NCBI RefSeq assembly: GCF_001644705.1
Contig: NZ_CP015137.1
Span: 2,340,001 to 2,372,000 of the forward strand
Length of the DNA: 32,000 nt
Source of the DNA: Dickeya solani IPO 2222
GTDB taxonomy: Bacteria > Pseudomonadota > Gammaproteobacteria > Enterobacterales > Enterobacteriaceae
Direction: 5' to 3'
A model generated the notes under the pieces. It had not been told where the DNA came from. It saw nothing but the letters and a program-made list of their open reading frames with translations, and did not search any database. The number at the start of each line of letters is the position of its first letter. Within the stretch, counting starts at the first letter, position 1. Both the position numbers and the translations under genes were made by a program. Of the stretch, positions 19,104-28,535 are shown piece by piece.

Positions 19104-20122
19104 TGAACCCGTCTGATGCAGCAATGACGGTGATCGGTGCCGGATCTTACGGCACCGCACTGGCGATCACGGTGGCCCGCAACGGCCACCATGTAGTGCT
19201 CTGGGGGCATGACCCCGCTCATATTCAGGCGCTGCAGGCTGCACGTTGCAATCAGGCGTTCCTGCCCGACGTGCCGTTCCCGGATACCCTGCAACTGGAA
19301 ACGGACCTGTCGCAGGCGCTGGCCGCCAGCCGCAACATTCTGGTGGTGGTGCCGAGCCATGTGTTTGGCGATGTGCTGCGCCAGCTCAAGCCCCATCTGC
19401 GGGCGGATGCGCGACTGGTGTGGGCCACCAAGGGGCTGGAAGCGGAAACCGGCCGTTTGTTGCAGGACGTCGCCCGCGAAGCGCTGGGTAATACGATCCC
19501 GCTGGCGGTGCTTTCCGGACCGACTTTCGCCAAAGAGCTGGCGGCCGGGTTGCCTACCGCGATCGCGCTGGCATCGACCGATCAGCCGTTTTCCGACGAT
19601 TTGCAACATCTGCTGCATTGCGGCAAAAGTTTTCGCGTCTACAGCAACCCCGACTTTGTCGGTGTGCAGCTGGGGGGCGCCGTGAAGAACGTGATTGCCA
19701 TCGGTGCCGGCATGTCTGACGGCATGGGGTTCGGCGCCAATGCGCGTACCGCGCTTATCACCCGCGGTCTGGCCGAAATGACGCGGCTGGGCGTGGCGCT
19801 GGGGGCTGACCCAACCACGTTTATGGGCATGGCGGGCCTGGGCGATTTGGTGCTGACCTGCACCGACAACCAGTCACGTAACCGTCGTTTCGGCATGATG
19901 CTGGGACAAGGAATGGACGTCGTCAGCGCCCAGAACCAGATTGGTCAGGTGGTGGAAGGTTACCGTAATACCAAGGAAGTGATGGCGCTGGCGCAGCGCT
20001 ACGGTGTGGAAATGCCGATCACCGAGCAGCTCTGGCAAGTGCTGTATTGTGGTAAAGACGCGCGTGAAGCGGCGTTGAGCCTGCTGGGCCGGGCGCGCAA
20101 AGACGAAAGCGCCAGCCTGTGA
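19103..20122 (+). CDS. gpsA: NAD(P)H-dependent glycerol-3-phosphate dehydrogenase
   Basis: 339 aa. [22 protein letters not shown]...[23 protein letters not shown]...[10 protein letters not shown] is colinear with E. coli GpsA. A TGATG junction with secB indicates coupling. Confidence 0.97.
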   Translation: MNPSDAAMTVIGAGSYGTALAITVARNGHHVVLWGHDPAHIQALQAARCNQAFLPDVPFPDTLQLETDLSQALAASRNILVVVPSHVFGDVLRQLKPHLRADARLVWATKGLEAETGRLLQDVAREALGNTIPLAVLSGPTFAKELAAGLPTAIALASTDQPFSDDLQHLLHCGKSFRVYSNPDFVGVQLGGAVKNVIAIGAGMSDGMGFGANARTALITRGLAEMTRLGVALGADPTTFMGMAGLGDLVLTCTDNQSRNRRFGMMLGQGMDVVSAQNQIGQVVEGYRNTKEVMALAQRYGVEMPITEQLWQVLYCGKDAREAALSLLGRARKDESASL

Positions 20123-20138
20123 CGGCAGGGCATTGTTC

Positions 20139-20172
20139 GGGCTTCCCACGGGAGGCCCGTTGTTGTTTTATT
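20139..20172 (+). terminator. Rho-independent terminator/attenuator after gpsA
   Basis: GGGCTTCC-cacg-GGAGGCCC forms 8 bp including one G:U. It is followed by GTTGTTGTTTTATT. Confidence 0.55.
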
Positions 20173-20240
20173 CTGATAGAGCGTCGTGCAGTAGTAAGCG
20201 GTGAAGCGGTGGGTTGACGGTTTTTCAAAGAGGTGTCGCG

Positions 20241-21062
20241 ATGTCGAATGATGAGCTGGAACTGGTTTGGAAAAACATTAAGGAAGAGGCGCGCAGTCTG
20301 GCGGAATGCGAACCGATGCTGGCCAGTTTCTTTCACGCGACGTTGCTGAAACATGAGAATCTGGGCAGCGCATTGAGCTACATGCTGGCGAATAAGCTGG
20401 CTAACGCCATCATGCCGGCGATTGCCATCCGTGAAGTGGTGGAAGAGGCCTACCGCGCCGAACCGCAGATGATTGCGTCCGCTGCCCGCGACATTCTGGC
20501 GGTGCGTCTGCGCGACCCGGCGGTGGATAAATACTCGACGCCGCTGCTCTACCTGAAAGGATTTCATGCTCTTCAGGCTTACCGCATCGGCCACTGGCTG
20601 TGGCGGCAGGAGCGTCAGGCGCTGGCGATTTACCTGCAGAACCAGATTTCCGTGTCATTTGGGGTGGATATTCACCCGGCGGCGCGCATCGGTTGCGGCA
20701 TCATGCTGGACCATGCCACCGGTATCGTCATCGGTGAAACCGCCGTCGTGGAAAACGACGTGTCCATTCTGCAATCGGTCACTCTGGGAGGGACCGGCAA
20801 GACCAATGGCGACCGTCATCCCAAGATTCGGGAAGGGGTGATGATCGGCGCTGGCGCCAAGATTCTGGGCAATATCGAAGTGGGTTGCGGCGCCAAGATT
20901 GGCGCGGGTTCGGTAGTCTTGCAGCCGGTGCCGCCGCATACGACTGCCGCTGGCGTGCCGGCGCGAATTGTTGGCCGCCCGGAAAGCGATAAACCCTCGC
21001 TGGATATGGACCAGTACTTCAACGGTTCGCTGCGCGGTTTCGAAGACGGCGACGGCATCTGA
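20241..21062 (+). CDS. cysE: Serine O-acetyltransferase
   Basis: MSNDELELVWKNIKEEARSLAECEPMLASFFHATLLKHENLGSALSYMLANKL... plus hexapeptide repeats and the ...GDGI C-terminus match E. coli CysE. It is 273 aa, as in E. coli, with AAGAGG 7 nt upstream. The TTG at 20214 was rejected as the start. Confidence 0.96.
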   Translation: MSNDELELVWKNIKEEARSLAECEPMLASFFHATLLKHENLGSALSYMLANKLANAIMPAIAIREVVEEAYRAEPQMIASAARDILAVRLRDPAVDKYSTPLLYLKGFHALQAYRIGHWLWRQERQALAIYLQNQISVSFGVDIHPAARIGCGIMLDHATGIVIGETAVVENDVSILQSVTLGGTGKTNGDRHPKIREGVMIGAGAKILGNIEVGCGAKIGAGSVVLQPVPPHTTAAGVPARIVGRPESDKPSLDMDQYFNGSLRGFEDGDGI

Positions 21063-21411
21063 TATTTTTCCGGCCTGCCTGCACGGCAAGCCGGATAACA
21101 CAGTTCTTTCATTCGCACCCTTGCGGTTTTTCTTTTGCCTGCCTGACTTGAGGCCAGCGCTGCGATTTCAGGAGGCCGCCGGAATATTCCTTTACTTGCA
21201 TTTTGACCTCTCTTTTTCAGCAGATCTGGCTGTTTATCCTATACTTTATCTAAGAAGTCTCTCAAAAATACCGGATTAGCCCGGTAATTCAGCGTTAGTC
21301 GTATTTAATTCTGCGGGGATCGTTGTATATCAGTGGGCGGACCATAAAACATCATGGGAATAAGTATCCGGCAACCCGACCCGCTGGTTGTTGGCGATTT
21401 TGCTTTTTGGG

Positions 21412-21447
21412 AATGCCGTTTATGCGATTAATGCCGTTTATGCGATT
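21412..21447 (+). repeat. Perfect 18-bp tandem duplication (AATGCCGTTTATGCGATT x2) spanning the pagP start region
   Basis: Units 21412-21429 and 21430-21447 are identical. The repeat is in frame and encodes [12 protein letters not shown], giving ATGs at 21413, 21422, 21431 and 21440. Confidence 0.95.
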
Positions 21448-22042
21448 TAAATTGACATCACACACCTGCCTCTTTGCGCTGTCTTCCCTGCTCGTTACCC
21501 CGGTATTTGCCGCGCCGCCTGGCGACAATACGGCGTCTGATGCCGTTGAAAGCGGCTCGGAGCCGGGAATCTGGCAGCGCGCCGGCAATAATTTGTCGGA
21601 GACCTGGCATCACTGGCAGTCTCAGGATCTGTATGTGCCGGTCATGACCTGGCATAACCGCTGGACTTACAACAAGGCGAAGACCGACAGGTACAACGAG
21701 CGTCCCTGGGGCGTGGGCTATGGCGTATCCCGACTGGATCGCGATGGCGACTGGCACAGTCTGTACCTGATGGCGTTCAAGGACTCCTTCAACAAGTGGG
21801 AACCTATCGGCGGCTATGGTTACGAAAAACGCTGGCGGCCGCTGGAGAATCAGGATGTTCAGTTGGGGCTCGGTTTTACCGCCGGTGCGACCATGCGGGA
21901 CAACTGGAAATACATTCCAATCCCGGTGCTGCTGCCGATGGCGTCGGTCAGTTATCAGCGTCTGTCTCTGCAGGCGACTTATATTCCCGGCACGCATAAT
22001 AATGGCAACGTGTTCTTTGCCTGGCTGCGCTGGCAGTTCTGA
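21413..22042 (+). CDS. pagP: Lipid A palmitoyltransferase PagP (outer-membrane beta-barrel)
   Basis: ...[59 protein letters not shown]...[20 protein letters not shown]-stop is colinear with E. coli PagP, including the C-terminal F. The signal peptide is [26 protein letters not shown]. The true start is ambiguous among four ATGs at 21413-21440. Confidence 0.88.
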   Translation: MPFMRLMPFMRFKLTSHTCLFALSSLLVTPVFAAPPGDNTASDAVESGSEPGIWQRAGNNLSETWHHWQSQDLYVPVMTWHNRWTYNKAKTDRYNERPWGVGYGVSRLDRDGDWHSLYLMAFKDSFNKWEPIGGYGYEKRWRPLENQDVQLGLGFTAGATMRDNWKYIPIPVLLPMASVSYQRLSLQATYIPGTHNNGNVFFAWLRWQF

Positions 22043-22152
22043 TTCATTGTTTGGTTATATTTTGCTCTGATGTAAACCAAGTTGAAAGAAATGCGGCCAC
22101 GTAACTCGACTACAATGCCTATCCTGTTACACGTTATAGAGCGAGTCATGCC

Positions 22153-23052
22153 GTGCCGTTATTGATCATCACCACGATTTTGTGGTCGTTTTCCTTCAGC
22201 CTGATTGGCGAATACCTGGCCGGCCAGGTCGACAGCTGGTTTTCAGCCATGTTCCGGCTGGTGCTGGCGGCGCTGGTGTTTCTGCCTTTCCTGCGCTGGC
22301 GCGGCTATTCCCCCAAAGCGCTGGGGCTGTATCTGCTGGTGGGTGTTTTCCAGCTTGGCGTCATGTACCTGTTTCTGTTCCGTAGTTACCTTTACCTCAA
22401 TGTGCCGACGATCCTGCTGTTTTCGGTAATGACGCCGCTGTACGTCACGCTGATTTACGACCTGCTCAGTGGGCATCGCCTGCGCTGGGGTTATGTATTC
22501 AGCGCCTTGCTGGCTGTTCTGGGCGCCGCGGTGATCCACTATCACGGCGTGAGCGAACATTTCTGGTGGGGACTGTTGCTGGTGCAGGCGGCCAATGTCT
22601 GTTTTGCCGTGGGGCAAGTGGGATATAAGCGGCTGATGGAAGTGTATCCGATGCCGCAGCACAGCGCTTTTTCCTGGTTCTACCTTGGCGCCGCGCTGGT
22701 AACGCTGGTGGCCTGGGCGTTAGCCGGCAACCTGGCCAAACTGCCCACCGCACCAGTGCAATGGGGTGTGCTGGTGTTCCTTGGCGTGGTGGTGTCGGGC
22801 CTGGGCTATTTCATGTGGAACTATGGCGCCACCCAGGTGGACGCCGGCACGTTAAGTATCATGAACAACTTTCACGTTCCGGCCGGGTTGCTGGTCAACT
22901 TCGCGTTCTGGCAGAAAACGCCGAACTGGACCAGCTTTCTCATCGGTTCGGCGATTATTGCTGCGGCCTTGTGGGTACACCAGCGTTGGGTCGTGAAGCA
23001 TCCCGCACAAACGGCAGATGCTCGCAGGCATGCTGGCGCGCGGAACGAATAA
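22153..23052 (+). CDS. bioP: DMT/EamA-family transporter YigM (BioP, biotin uptake in E. coli)
   Basis: 299 aa with a GTG start. [22 protein letters not shown]...GYKRLME..PMPQH.AF.WFYLGA...[27 protein letters not shown] matches E. coli YigM (299 aa, from memory). The conserved position next to metR supports the call. Confidence 0.85.
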   Translation: MPLLIITTILWSFSFSLIGEYLAGQVDSWFSAMFRLVLAALVFLPFLRWRGYSPKALGLYLLVGVFQLGVMYLFLFRSYLYLNVPTILLFSVMTPLYVTLIYDLLSGHRLRWGYVFSALLAVLGAAVIHYHGVSEHFWWGLLLVQAANVCFAVGQVGYKRLMEVYPMPQHSAFSWFYLGAALVTLVAWALAGNLAKLPTAPVQWGVLVFLGVVVSGLGYFMWNYGATQVDAGTLSIMNNFHVPAGLLVNFAFWQKTPNWTSFLIGSAIIAAALWVHQRWVVKHPAQTADARRHAGARNE

Positions 23053-23893
23053 ACGCTTCGATAACCGGCTGACGTTGCTCGCCATCGCGCACGGCGGCGT
23101 ACAGCCGGCTCCACAAGCCGTCTCCCAGAGTTTTAGTCACCACCAGACCCTGACGTTCAAAACTCTCCACCACCCAGTGCGGCAGCGCGGCGATGCCCAT
23201 GCGCGCCGCCACCATCTGGATCAACAGCAGGGTATTGTCTACGCTTTTTAGCGACGGGCTGACGCCAGCCGGTTGCAGAAAGTGGCGCCACACATCCAGC
23301 CGCTGACGTTGCACCGGGTAGATCATCAGGGTCTCCTGCGCCATATCGTCAGGCGTAATCACGGCTTTGGCGGCCAGCGGATGATCCGGCGACAACACCA
23401 GACGTACCTCAAAGTCGAACATCGGCGAATAGTGCAGGCCGCTGCGCGGCAGAATGTCGGAGGTCATCACCAGGTCCAGTTCGCCTTGTTGCAGCGCAGG
23501 CTGCGGGTCGAAAGTGACGCCGGATTTGAAATCCATCACCACCTGCGGCCAGTTTTGGTGGAAGTTCTCCAGCGCCGGCGTCAGCCACTGAATACAACTG
23601 TGACACTCGATCGCCAGCCGCAAGGTGGTCTGATGCGGTTCGTTGCACGTCTGCAGCGCCTGTTGAATCTGCGGCAGGATTTGCTCGGCCAGCTGCAGCA
23701 GAATTTCCCCCTGCGGCGTAAAGCGTAGCGGCTGGCTCTTACGGACGAACAAGCGGAATCCCAGCCGTTGTTCCAGATCGCTGAACTGATGCGACAGGGC
23801 GGATTGCGTCTGATGGAGCTGTGCGGCGGCGGCGGCTAACGATCCGGTGTTGCGCAGCGCCTGCAGCGTCCGTAAGTGTTTAAGTTCGATCAT
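22955..23893 (-). CDS. metR: LysR-family transcriptional activator MetR
   Basis: [63 protein letters not shown]... is near-identical to E. coli MetR. It is divergent from metE. 312 aa. Confidence 0.96.
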   Translation of the reverse strand: MIELKHLRTLQALRNTGSLAAAAAQLHQTQSALSHQFSDLEQRLGFRLFVRKSQPLRFTPQGEILLQLAEQILPQIQQALQTCNEPHQTTLRLAIECHSCIQWLTPALENFHQNWPQVVMDFKSGVTFDPQPALQQGELDLVMTSDILPRSGLHYSPMFDFEVRLVLSPDHPLAAKAVITPDDMAQETLMIYPVQRQRLDVWRHFLQPAGVSPSLKSVDNTLLLIQMVAARMGIAALPHWVVESFERQGLVVTKTLGDGLWSRLYAAVRDGEQRQPVIEAFIRSARQHACEHLPFVRDASRPNAGVPTRPQQ

Positions 23894-23957
23894 GAGAGTC
23901 CTTCACAGTGACAGTGAATAAATTGCGCTTGTACTTACTACACTACCTGCGGATTAT

Positions 23958-23981
23958 GGATGTGTAAACATCTGGACGGCT
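23958..23981 (+). promoter_or_regulatory. Candidate tandem MetJ 'met boxes' in front of metE
   Basis: GGATGTGT-AAACATCT-GGACGGCT are contiguous 8-mers matching the AGACGTCT consensus at 5/8, 6/8 and 6/8. A weaker fourth box, AAATGGGA, follows. The last good box ends 16 nt before the metE ATG. Confidence 0.45.
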
Positions 23982-23997
23982 AAATGGGAATTCAAGC

Positions 23998-26265
23998 ATG
24001 GCAATTTTAAATCATACTCTCGGTTTTCCGCGCGTCGGTTTGCGTCGTGAACTGAAAAAAGCACAGGAAAGCTATTGGGCAGGGAACAGCACACAGGAAG
24101 AGCTGCTGACCGTGGGCCGTGAGTTGCGCGCCCGTCACTGGCAACAGCAGAAAGACGCCGGCGTGGAATTGCTGCCGGTGGGCGATTTTGCCTGGTACGA
24201 CCATGTGCTGACCACCAGCCTGCTGCTGGGGAACGCTCCTGCCCGTCACCAGAACGCGGATGGTTCCGTCGATCTGGATACCCTGTTCCGTATCGGCCGT
24301 GGCCGCGCACCGACCGGTGAGCCGGCCGCCGCCGCTGAAATGACCAAATGGTTCAACACCAACTATCACTACATGGTGCCGGAATTCACCAAAGGCCAGC
24401 AGTTCAAGCTGACCTGGACCCAACTGCTGGATGAAGTGGACGAAGCGCTGGCGCTGGGCCACAAGGTGAAGCCGGTGCTGCTGGGCCCGGTGACCTATCT
24501 GTGGCTGGGCAAAGTTAAAGGGGAAGCCTTCAACCGTCTGGATCTGTTGAGCGCGGTGCTGCCGGTGTACCAACAGGTGCTGGCCGAACTGGCTAAACGC
24601 GGCATCGAGTGGGTGCAGATTGACGAGCCGCTGCTGGCGCTGGAACTGGACGCCGAATGGAAAGCCGCCTTCAAACCGGCTTACGACGCGCTGCAAGGGC
24701 CGGTGAAACTGCTGCTGACCACTTATTTCGACAGCATCGGCCAGAATCTGGACGTTATCAAAGCGCTGCCGGTACAGGGTCTGCATGTCGATCTGGTGCA
24801 TGGCAAAGACGACGCCGCCGCGCTGAACGCACAGCTGCCGGCTGACTGGGTGCTGTCGCTGGGCGTGATCAACGGTCGTAACGTGTGGCGTGCCGATCTG
24901 GCGAGCTGGTTCGAGCGTCTGCAGCCGTTGCTGGGCAAACGTGCTCTGTGGCTGGGTAGCTCCTGCTCTCTGTTGCACAGCCCGATCGATCTCAGCGTGG
25001 AAACCCGTCTGGATGAGGAAGTGAAAAGCTGGTTCGCGTTTGCGATTCAGAAGTGTCAGGAACTGGCGCTGCTGACCCGCGCGCTCAACAGCGGCAACGG
25101 CGAGGAACTGGTGGCTTACAGCGCGCCGATCCGCGCCCGTCGGACTTCCACCCGCGTTAACAACCCGAATGTGGCGAAGCGTCTGGCGGCGATCACCGCG
25201 CAAGACAGCCTGCGTCAGAATCCGTACCCGGTACGTGCTGAAGCGCAGCGTGCGCGTTTCAACCTGCCGGCCTGGCCGACCACTACTATTGGTTCGTTCC
25301 CGCAGACTACCGAAATCCGCAGCCTGCGTCTGGACTTCAAACAGGGTCGCCTGGACGGTCAGAACTACCGTATCGGCATCGCTGAGCACATCAAGCAGGC
25401 GATTGTGGAACAGGAACGTCTGGAGCTGGACGTACTGGTGCACGGTGAAGCCGAGCGTAACGACATGGTGGAATATTTCGGCGAGCATCTGGACGGTTTC
25501 GTGTTCACCCAGAACGGCTGGGTGCAGAGCTACGGTTCCCGCTGCGTGAAACCGCCGGTGGTGATTGGCGACATCAGCCGTCCGGAGCCGATCACGGTCG
25601 AGTGGGCGAAGTATGCCCAGTCTCTGACCGACAAGCCGGTAAAAGGCATGCTGACCGGTCCGGTCACCATTCTGTGCTGGTCCTTCCCGCGTGAAGACGT
25701 CACCCGTGAAACCATCGCCAGGCAGATTGCGCTGGCGCTGCGCGACGAAGTGGCGGATCTGGAACAGGCCGGCATCGGCATCATCCAGATTGACGAACCG
25801 GCGCTGCGTGAAGGTCTGCCGCTGCATCGCTCTGACTGGGCGGCGTATCTGGAGTGGGCTGTCGACGCGTTCCGCCTGAATGCGGCGGTAGCGAAAGACG
25901 ACACCCAGATCCACACCCACATGTGTTACTGCGAATTCAACGACATCATGGATTCCATCGCGGCGCTGGATGCCGACGTGATCACCATCGAAACTTCGCG
26001 TTCCGACATGGAGCTGCTGGAATCGTTCGAAGAGTTCGAGTACCCGAATGAAATCGGCCCAGGCGTATACGACATTCACTCGCCGAACGTGCCGAGCGTC
26101 GAGTGGATTGAAGCGCTGCTGCGCAAAGCGGCTCAGCGTATTCCTTCCGAGCGTCTGTGGGTTAACCCGGACTGCGGTCTGAAAACCCGCGGCTGGCCGG
26201 AAACCCGTCAGTCGCTGGCGAACATGGTGCAGGCGGCGAAGCGTCTGCGCGAAACCGCCGAGTAA
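23998..26265 (+). CDS. metE: Cobalamin-independent methionine synthase
   Basis: 755 aa. [37 protein letters not shown]...[32 protein letters not shown]... is colinear with E. coli MetE (753 aa). Confidence 0.98.
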   Translation: MAILNHTLGFPRVGLRRELKKAQESYWAGNSTQEELLTVGRELRARHWQQQKDAGVELLPVGDFAWYDHVLTTSLLLGNAPARHQNADGSVDLDTLFRIGRGRAPTGEPAAAAEMTKWFNTNYHYMVPEFTKGQQFKLTWTQLLDEVDEALALGHKVKPVLLGPVTYLWLGKVKGEAFNRLDLLSAVLPVYQQVLAELAKRGIEWVQIDEPLLALELDAEWKAAFKPAYDALQGPVKLLLTTYFDSIGQNLDVIKALPVQGLHVDLVHGKDDAAALNAQLPADWVLSLGVINGRNVWRADLASWFERLQPLLGKRALWLGSSCSLLHSPIDLSVETRLDEEVKSWFAFAIQKCQELALLTRALNSGNGEELVAYSAPIRARRTSTRVNNPNVAKRLAAITAQDSLRQNPYPVRAEAQRARFNLPAWPTTTIGSFPQTTEIRSLRLDFKQGRLDGQNYRIGIAEHIKQAIVEQERLELDVLVHGEAERNDMVEYFGEHLDGFVFTQNGWVQSYGSRCVKPPVVIGDISRPEPITVEWAKYAQSLTDKPVKGMLTGPVTILCWSFPREDVTRETIARQIALALRDEVADLEQAGIGIIQIDEPALREGLPLHRSDWAAYLEWAVDAFRLNAAVAKDDTQIHTHMCYCEFNDIMDSIAALDADVITIETSRSDMELLESFEEFEYPNEIGPGVYDIHSPNVPSVEWIEALLRKAAQRIPSERLWVNPDCGLKTRGWPETRQSLANMVQAAKRLRETAE

Positions 26266-26363
26266 CTTAACTGGAAACGGTGATGGGGAATGGCGCGAAG
26301 GATGGCAGGACGCGCACAAACCACAGGACAGGGGCATTCCGTATCACCGCCTGACATGACTAA

Positions 26364-26398
26364 GGGAGACGATAGCGTCTCCCTTTTTTCTTTTCTTT
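26364..26398 (+). terminator. Strong rho-independent terminator of metE
   Basis: GGGAGACG-atag-CGTCTCCC is a perfect 8-bp stem. It is followed by TTTTTTCTTTTCTTT. Confidence 0.85.
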
Positions 26399-26413
26399 GG
26401 TTTGCTGGTGGAA

Positions 26414-27241
26414 TTACACCACGCCGTAGCGAGCGAACCACTCCAGCATCCGTTGCCAGCCGTCTTTGGCGGAGGCTTCGTGGTAAGTCGCGCGGTAATC
26501 GGCATGGAAGGCATGATCCGCTTCCGGATAGACCACGATCTCCGCATCGGCATTGACCGCCCGCAGCGCCTGGCGCATGGTTTCCACTTGCTCCAGCGGA
26601 ATGCCTTTATCCTGCCCGCCGTACAGGCCCAGCACCGGTGCGCTCAGGTCTTTCGCCACATCCACCGGATGCTGCGGCGAGGTCAGCGTTTTTTCGGCGA
26701 CCAGCTTGCCGTACCAGGCGACCGCGGCTTTTAACTGCGGATTGTGCGCGGCGTACAGCCAACTGATGCGACCGCCCCAGCAGAAACCGGTGATTGCCAG
26801 CCGGCTGGCGTCGCCGCCCTGGCGCACCGCCCAATGCGCGGTGTGGTCGAGGTCGGATAGTACCTGGTTGTCCGGCACCTTGTTGACCAGTTCGCTGAGC
26901 AGCGTCGGGATATCGCTATACTGCTGCGGGTCGCCCTGACGGAAATAGAGCTCCGGCGCGATCGCCAGATAGCCTTGTTTAGCCAGTCGTCGACAGACAT
27001 CGCGGATGTGCTCATGCACGCCAAAGATTTCCTGCACCACCAGCACAATCGGCAGCGGGCCGGTGGCCTTTTCCGGTTTGGCGATATACGCGGGCAGGTT
27101 GTCGCCCTGCGAAGAGATGGTGGTTTCGCCGGCAATCAGCCCGGTGGCGTCAGTAGTAATCGCGGAAGAAGCCAGCGGCATGACGGCCGGCGAAAATGCC
27201 CGTGTGGTCTCTCTGAGTGTCAGTAGCTCATCGGTTTTCAT
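26414..27241 (-). CDS. ysgA: Dienelactone hydrolase family protein (carboxymethylenebutenolidase-like, YsgA)
   Basis: ...[63 protein letters not shown]...ITGFCWGGR...GHAFHADYR is colinear with E. coli YsgA. The ORF is open to 27379, but AAGGAAAGG precedes the ATG at 27241 (MKTDELL, 275 aa). The metE-ysgA-udp order is conserved. Confidence 0.88.
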   Translation of the reverse strand: MKTDELLTLRETTRAFSPAVMPLASSAITTDATGLIAGETTISSQGDNLPAYIAKPEKATGPLPIVLVVQEIFGVHEHIRDVCRRLAKQGYLAIAPELYFRQGDPQQYSDIPTLLSELVNKVPDNQVLSDLDHTAHWAVRQGGDASRLAITGFCWGGRISWLYAAHNPQLKAAVAWYGKLVAEKTLTSPQHPVDVAKDLSAPVLGLYGGQDKGIPLEQVETMRQALRAVNADAEIVVYPEADHAFHADYRATYHEASAKDGWQRMLEWFARYGVV

Positions 27242-27399
27242 TGCCTTTCCTTTATCAAGACTGGAATCTGCCAGCGGGAGAATACCGCTCCCCGCGTTAA
27301 GCAAGTGTAGGAACTTCGTAGTGTATTGCGAATGCCGGCAACCAGATAAGGCAATCGGTGCCACGCCTGTGCTACGCAACGTCGGGTGATTACAGTCTT

Positions 27400-27421
27400 A
27401 ATTGTGATTAATATCACAATT
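27400..27421. promoter_or_regulatory. High-quality CRP site (distal, about -93.5 relative to the predicted udp TSS)
   Basis: AATTGTGATTAATATCACAATT has a perfect TGTGA-N6-TCACA core with 9-bp perfectly symmetric arms. Confidence 0.75.
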
Positions 27422-27454
27422 CTAATGTAAGTTGATGTTTGTTACTTTCCAATC

Positions 27455-27470
27455 AGCGACACACCTCACT
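27455..27470. promoter_or_regulatory. Second, weaker CRP site (proximal, about -41.5) of the udp promoter
   Basis: AGCGA-cacacc-TCACT matches 7/10 core positions. Its centre is 52 bp from the distal site. A TAAGAT -10 candidate at 27492-27497 places this site at -41.5 (class II geometry). Confidence 0.45.
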
Positions 27471-27530
27471 TAACGGCCGCAGTGTGTGCGCTAAGATCGT
27501 TCTGTACCTGACCGTTGCCTGGAGGCGCTT

Positions 27531-28292
27531 ATGTCCGATGTATTTCATCTCGGTTTAACAAAGCAGGATTTACAAGGGGCCACGCTGGCGATTGTGCCCG
27601 GCGACCCGGCCCGGGTGGAGAAAATCGCCCGGTTGATGGAGAACCCGGTGTTTCTGGCATCGCATCGGGAATTCACCTCCTGGCGCGCGGAACTGGCGGG
27701 CAAGCCGGTGATTGTCTGTTCCACCGGTATTGGCGGCCCGTCTACGTCGATTGCGGTAGAGGAACTGGCGCAACTGGGTGTGCGCACTTTCCTGCGCGTC
27801 GGCACCACCGGCGCCATCCAGCCGCATATCGCGGTAGGCGATGTGCTGGTCACCACGGCGGCGGTTCGTCTGGACGGCGCCAGCCTGCACTTTGCGCCGC
27901 TGGAATTCCCGGCGGTGGCGGATTTCGCCTGTACTTCCGCCCTGGCGGAAGCGGCGCGTGAAGCGGGGGCGACGCTGCATGTCGGCGTGACGGCTTCTTC
28001 GGATACCTTCTATCCGGGCCAGGAGCGTTACGACACCTATTCCGGCCGCGTGGTGCGCCGTTTTCAGGGGTCAATGGCGGAGTGGCAGGGCATGGGCGTG
28101 CTGAACTATGAAATGGAGTCCGCCACGCTGCTAACCATGTGCGCCAGTCAGGGACTGCGCGCCGGCATGGTGGCGGGCGTGATTGTGAATCGCACCCAAC
28201 AGGAAATCCCCGATGCCGCGACGATGCAGAAAGCGGAGCATGCGTCCGTCAACGTGGTGTTGTCGGCGGCCCGCAAACTGCTGAGCGCCTGA
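27531..28292 (+). CDS. udp: Uridine phosphorylase
   Basis: 253 aa. [33 protein letters not shown]...[21 protein letters not shown]...[13 protein letters not shown] is colinear with E. coli Udp. GGAGG lies 6 nt upstream. Confidence 0.97.
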   Translation: MSDVFHLGLTKQDLQGATLAIVPGDPARVEKIARLMENPVFLASHREFTSWRAELAGKPVIVCSTGIGGPSTSIAVEELAQLGVRTFLRVGTTGAIQPHIAVGDVLVTTAAVRLDGASLHFAPLEFPAVADFACTSALAEAAREAGATLHVGVTASSDTFYPGQERYDTYSGRVVRRFQGSMAEWQGMGVLNYEMESATLLTMCASQGLRAGMVAGVIVNRTQQEIPDAATMQKAEHASVNVVLSAARKLLSA

Positions 28293-28328
28293 ATGTGATT
28301 CAACCCGCCGGGCGATAGGCTCGGCGCG

Positions 28329-28370
28329 GGCGGTACGACACGGCAGAGCCCTCGTACCGCCTTTTCAGTT
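28329..28370 (+). terminator. Rho-independent terminator of udp
   Basis: GGCGGTACGA-N13-TCGTACCGCC is a perfect 10-bp stem. It is followed by TTTTCAGTTT. Confidence 0.7.
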
Positions 28371-28493
28371 TCCGCGGGGTTTCCCCACGCGCTGCTCATC
28401 GGTTTGCACGCCTTCATGCTAATTTAATTGTCAGGTCTGATAATACGAACCGGTTTTCACCGTTCGACGGTGAGTTGACCGTAATCATTCAGC

Positions 28494-28535
28494 ATTGATA
28501 ACTCGGCATTAATAACTCGGTATTATAACTACAGG
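28494..28535 (+). repeat. Three tandem 14-bp direct repeats immediately upstream of the phosphatase gene
   Basis: ATTGATAACTCGGC / ATTAATAACTCGGT / ATTATAACTACAGG share the core ATAACT. The last unit runs into the AGGGA Shine-Dalgarno. Confidence 0.85.

Noticed and set aside
21076-21140. Hairpins after cysE as terminators: CCGGCCTGCC-tgcac-GGCAAGCCGG, and CGCA-ccct-TGCG followed by GTTTTTCTTTTG.
   Set aside because: The strong stem lacks a U-tract, and the U-tract is preceded by only a 4-bp stem. Termination somewhere here is plausible, but neither element is good enough to annotate as a feature.
21231-21248. A possible PhoP box upstream of pagP (TGTTTA-tcctat-ACTTTA).
   Set aside because: The half-sites are spaced 12 bp apart rather than 11, and the second half matches only 4/6. 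The element sits only 4 nt from the sole decent -10-like hexamer (TATACT), which is the wrong geometry for PhoP activation. The CGTTTA words inside the 18-bp duplication are 18 bp apart, which is also the wrong spacing.
24007-26337. A 776-codon stop-free ORF antisense to the whole of metE; it is longer than metE itself.
   Set aside because: Its codons are in exact register with metE codons (26335-23998 is divisible by 3). The antisense frame is therefore open simply because metE contains no TTA, CTA or TCA codons, which fits strong codon bias in a very highly expressed gene. The product is Arg/Gln/Gly-rich low-complexity sequence with no recognisable domain, no SD and no independent evidence. 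It is a shadow ORF.
28456-28472. A hairpin TCACCG-ttcga-CGGTGA containing GTTCGA, reminiscent of a tRNA T-arm.
   Set aside because: The loop is 5 nt, not 7. There is no acceptor, D or anticodon arm in the flanks and no CCA context. It is just a small intergenic hairpin upstream of the phosphatase promoter.
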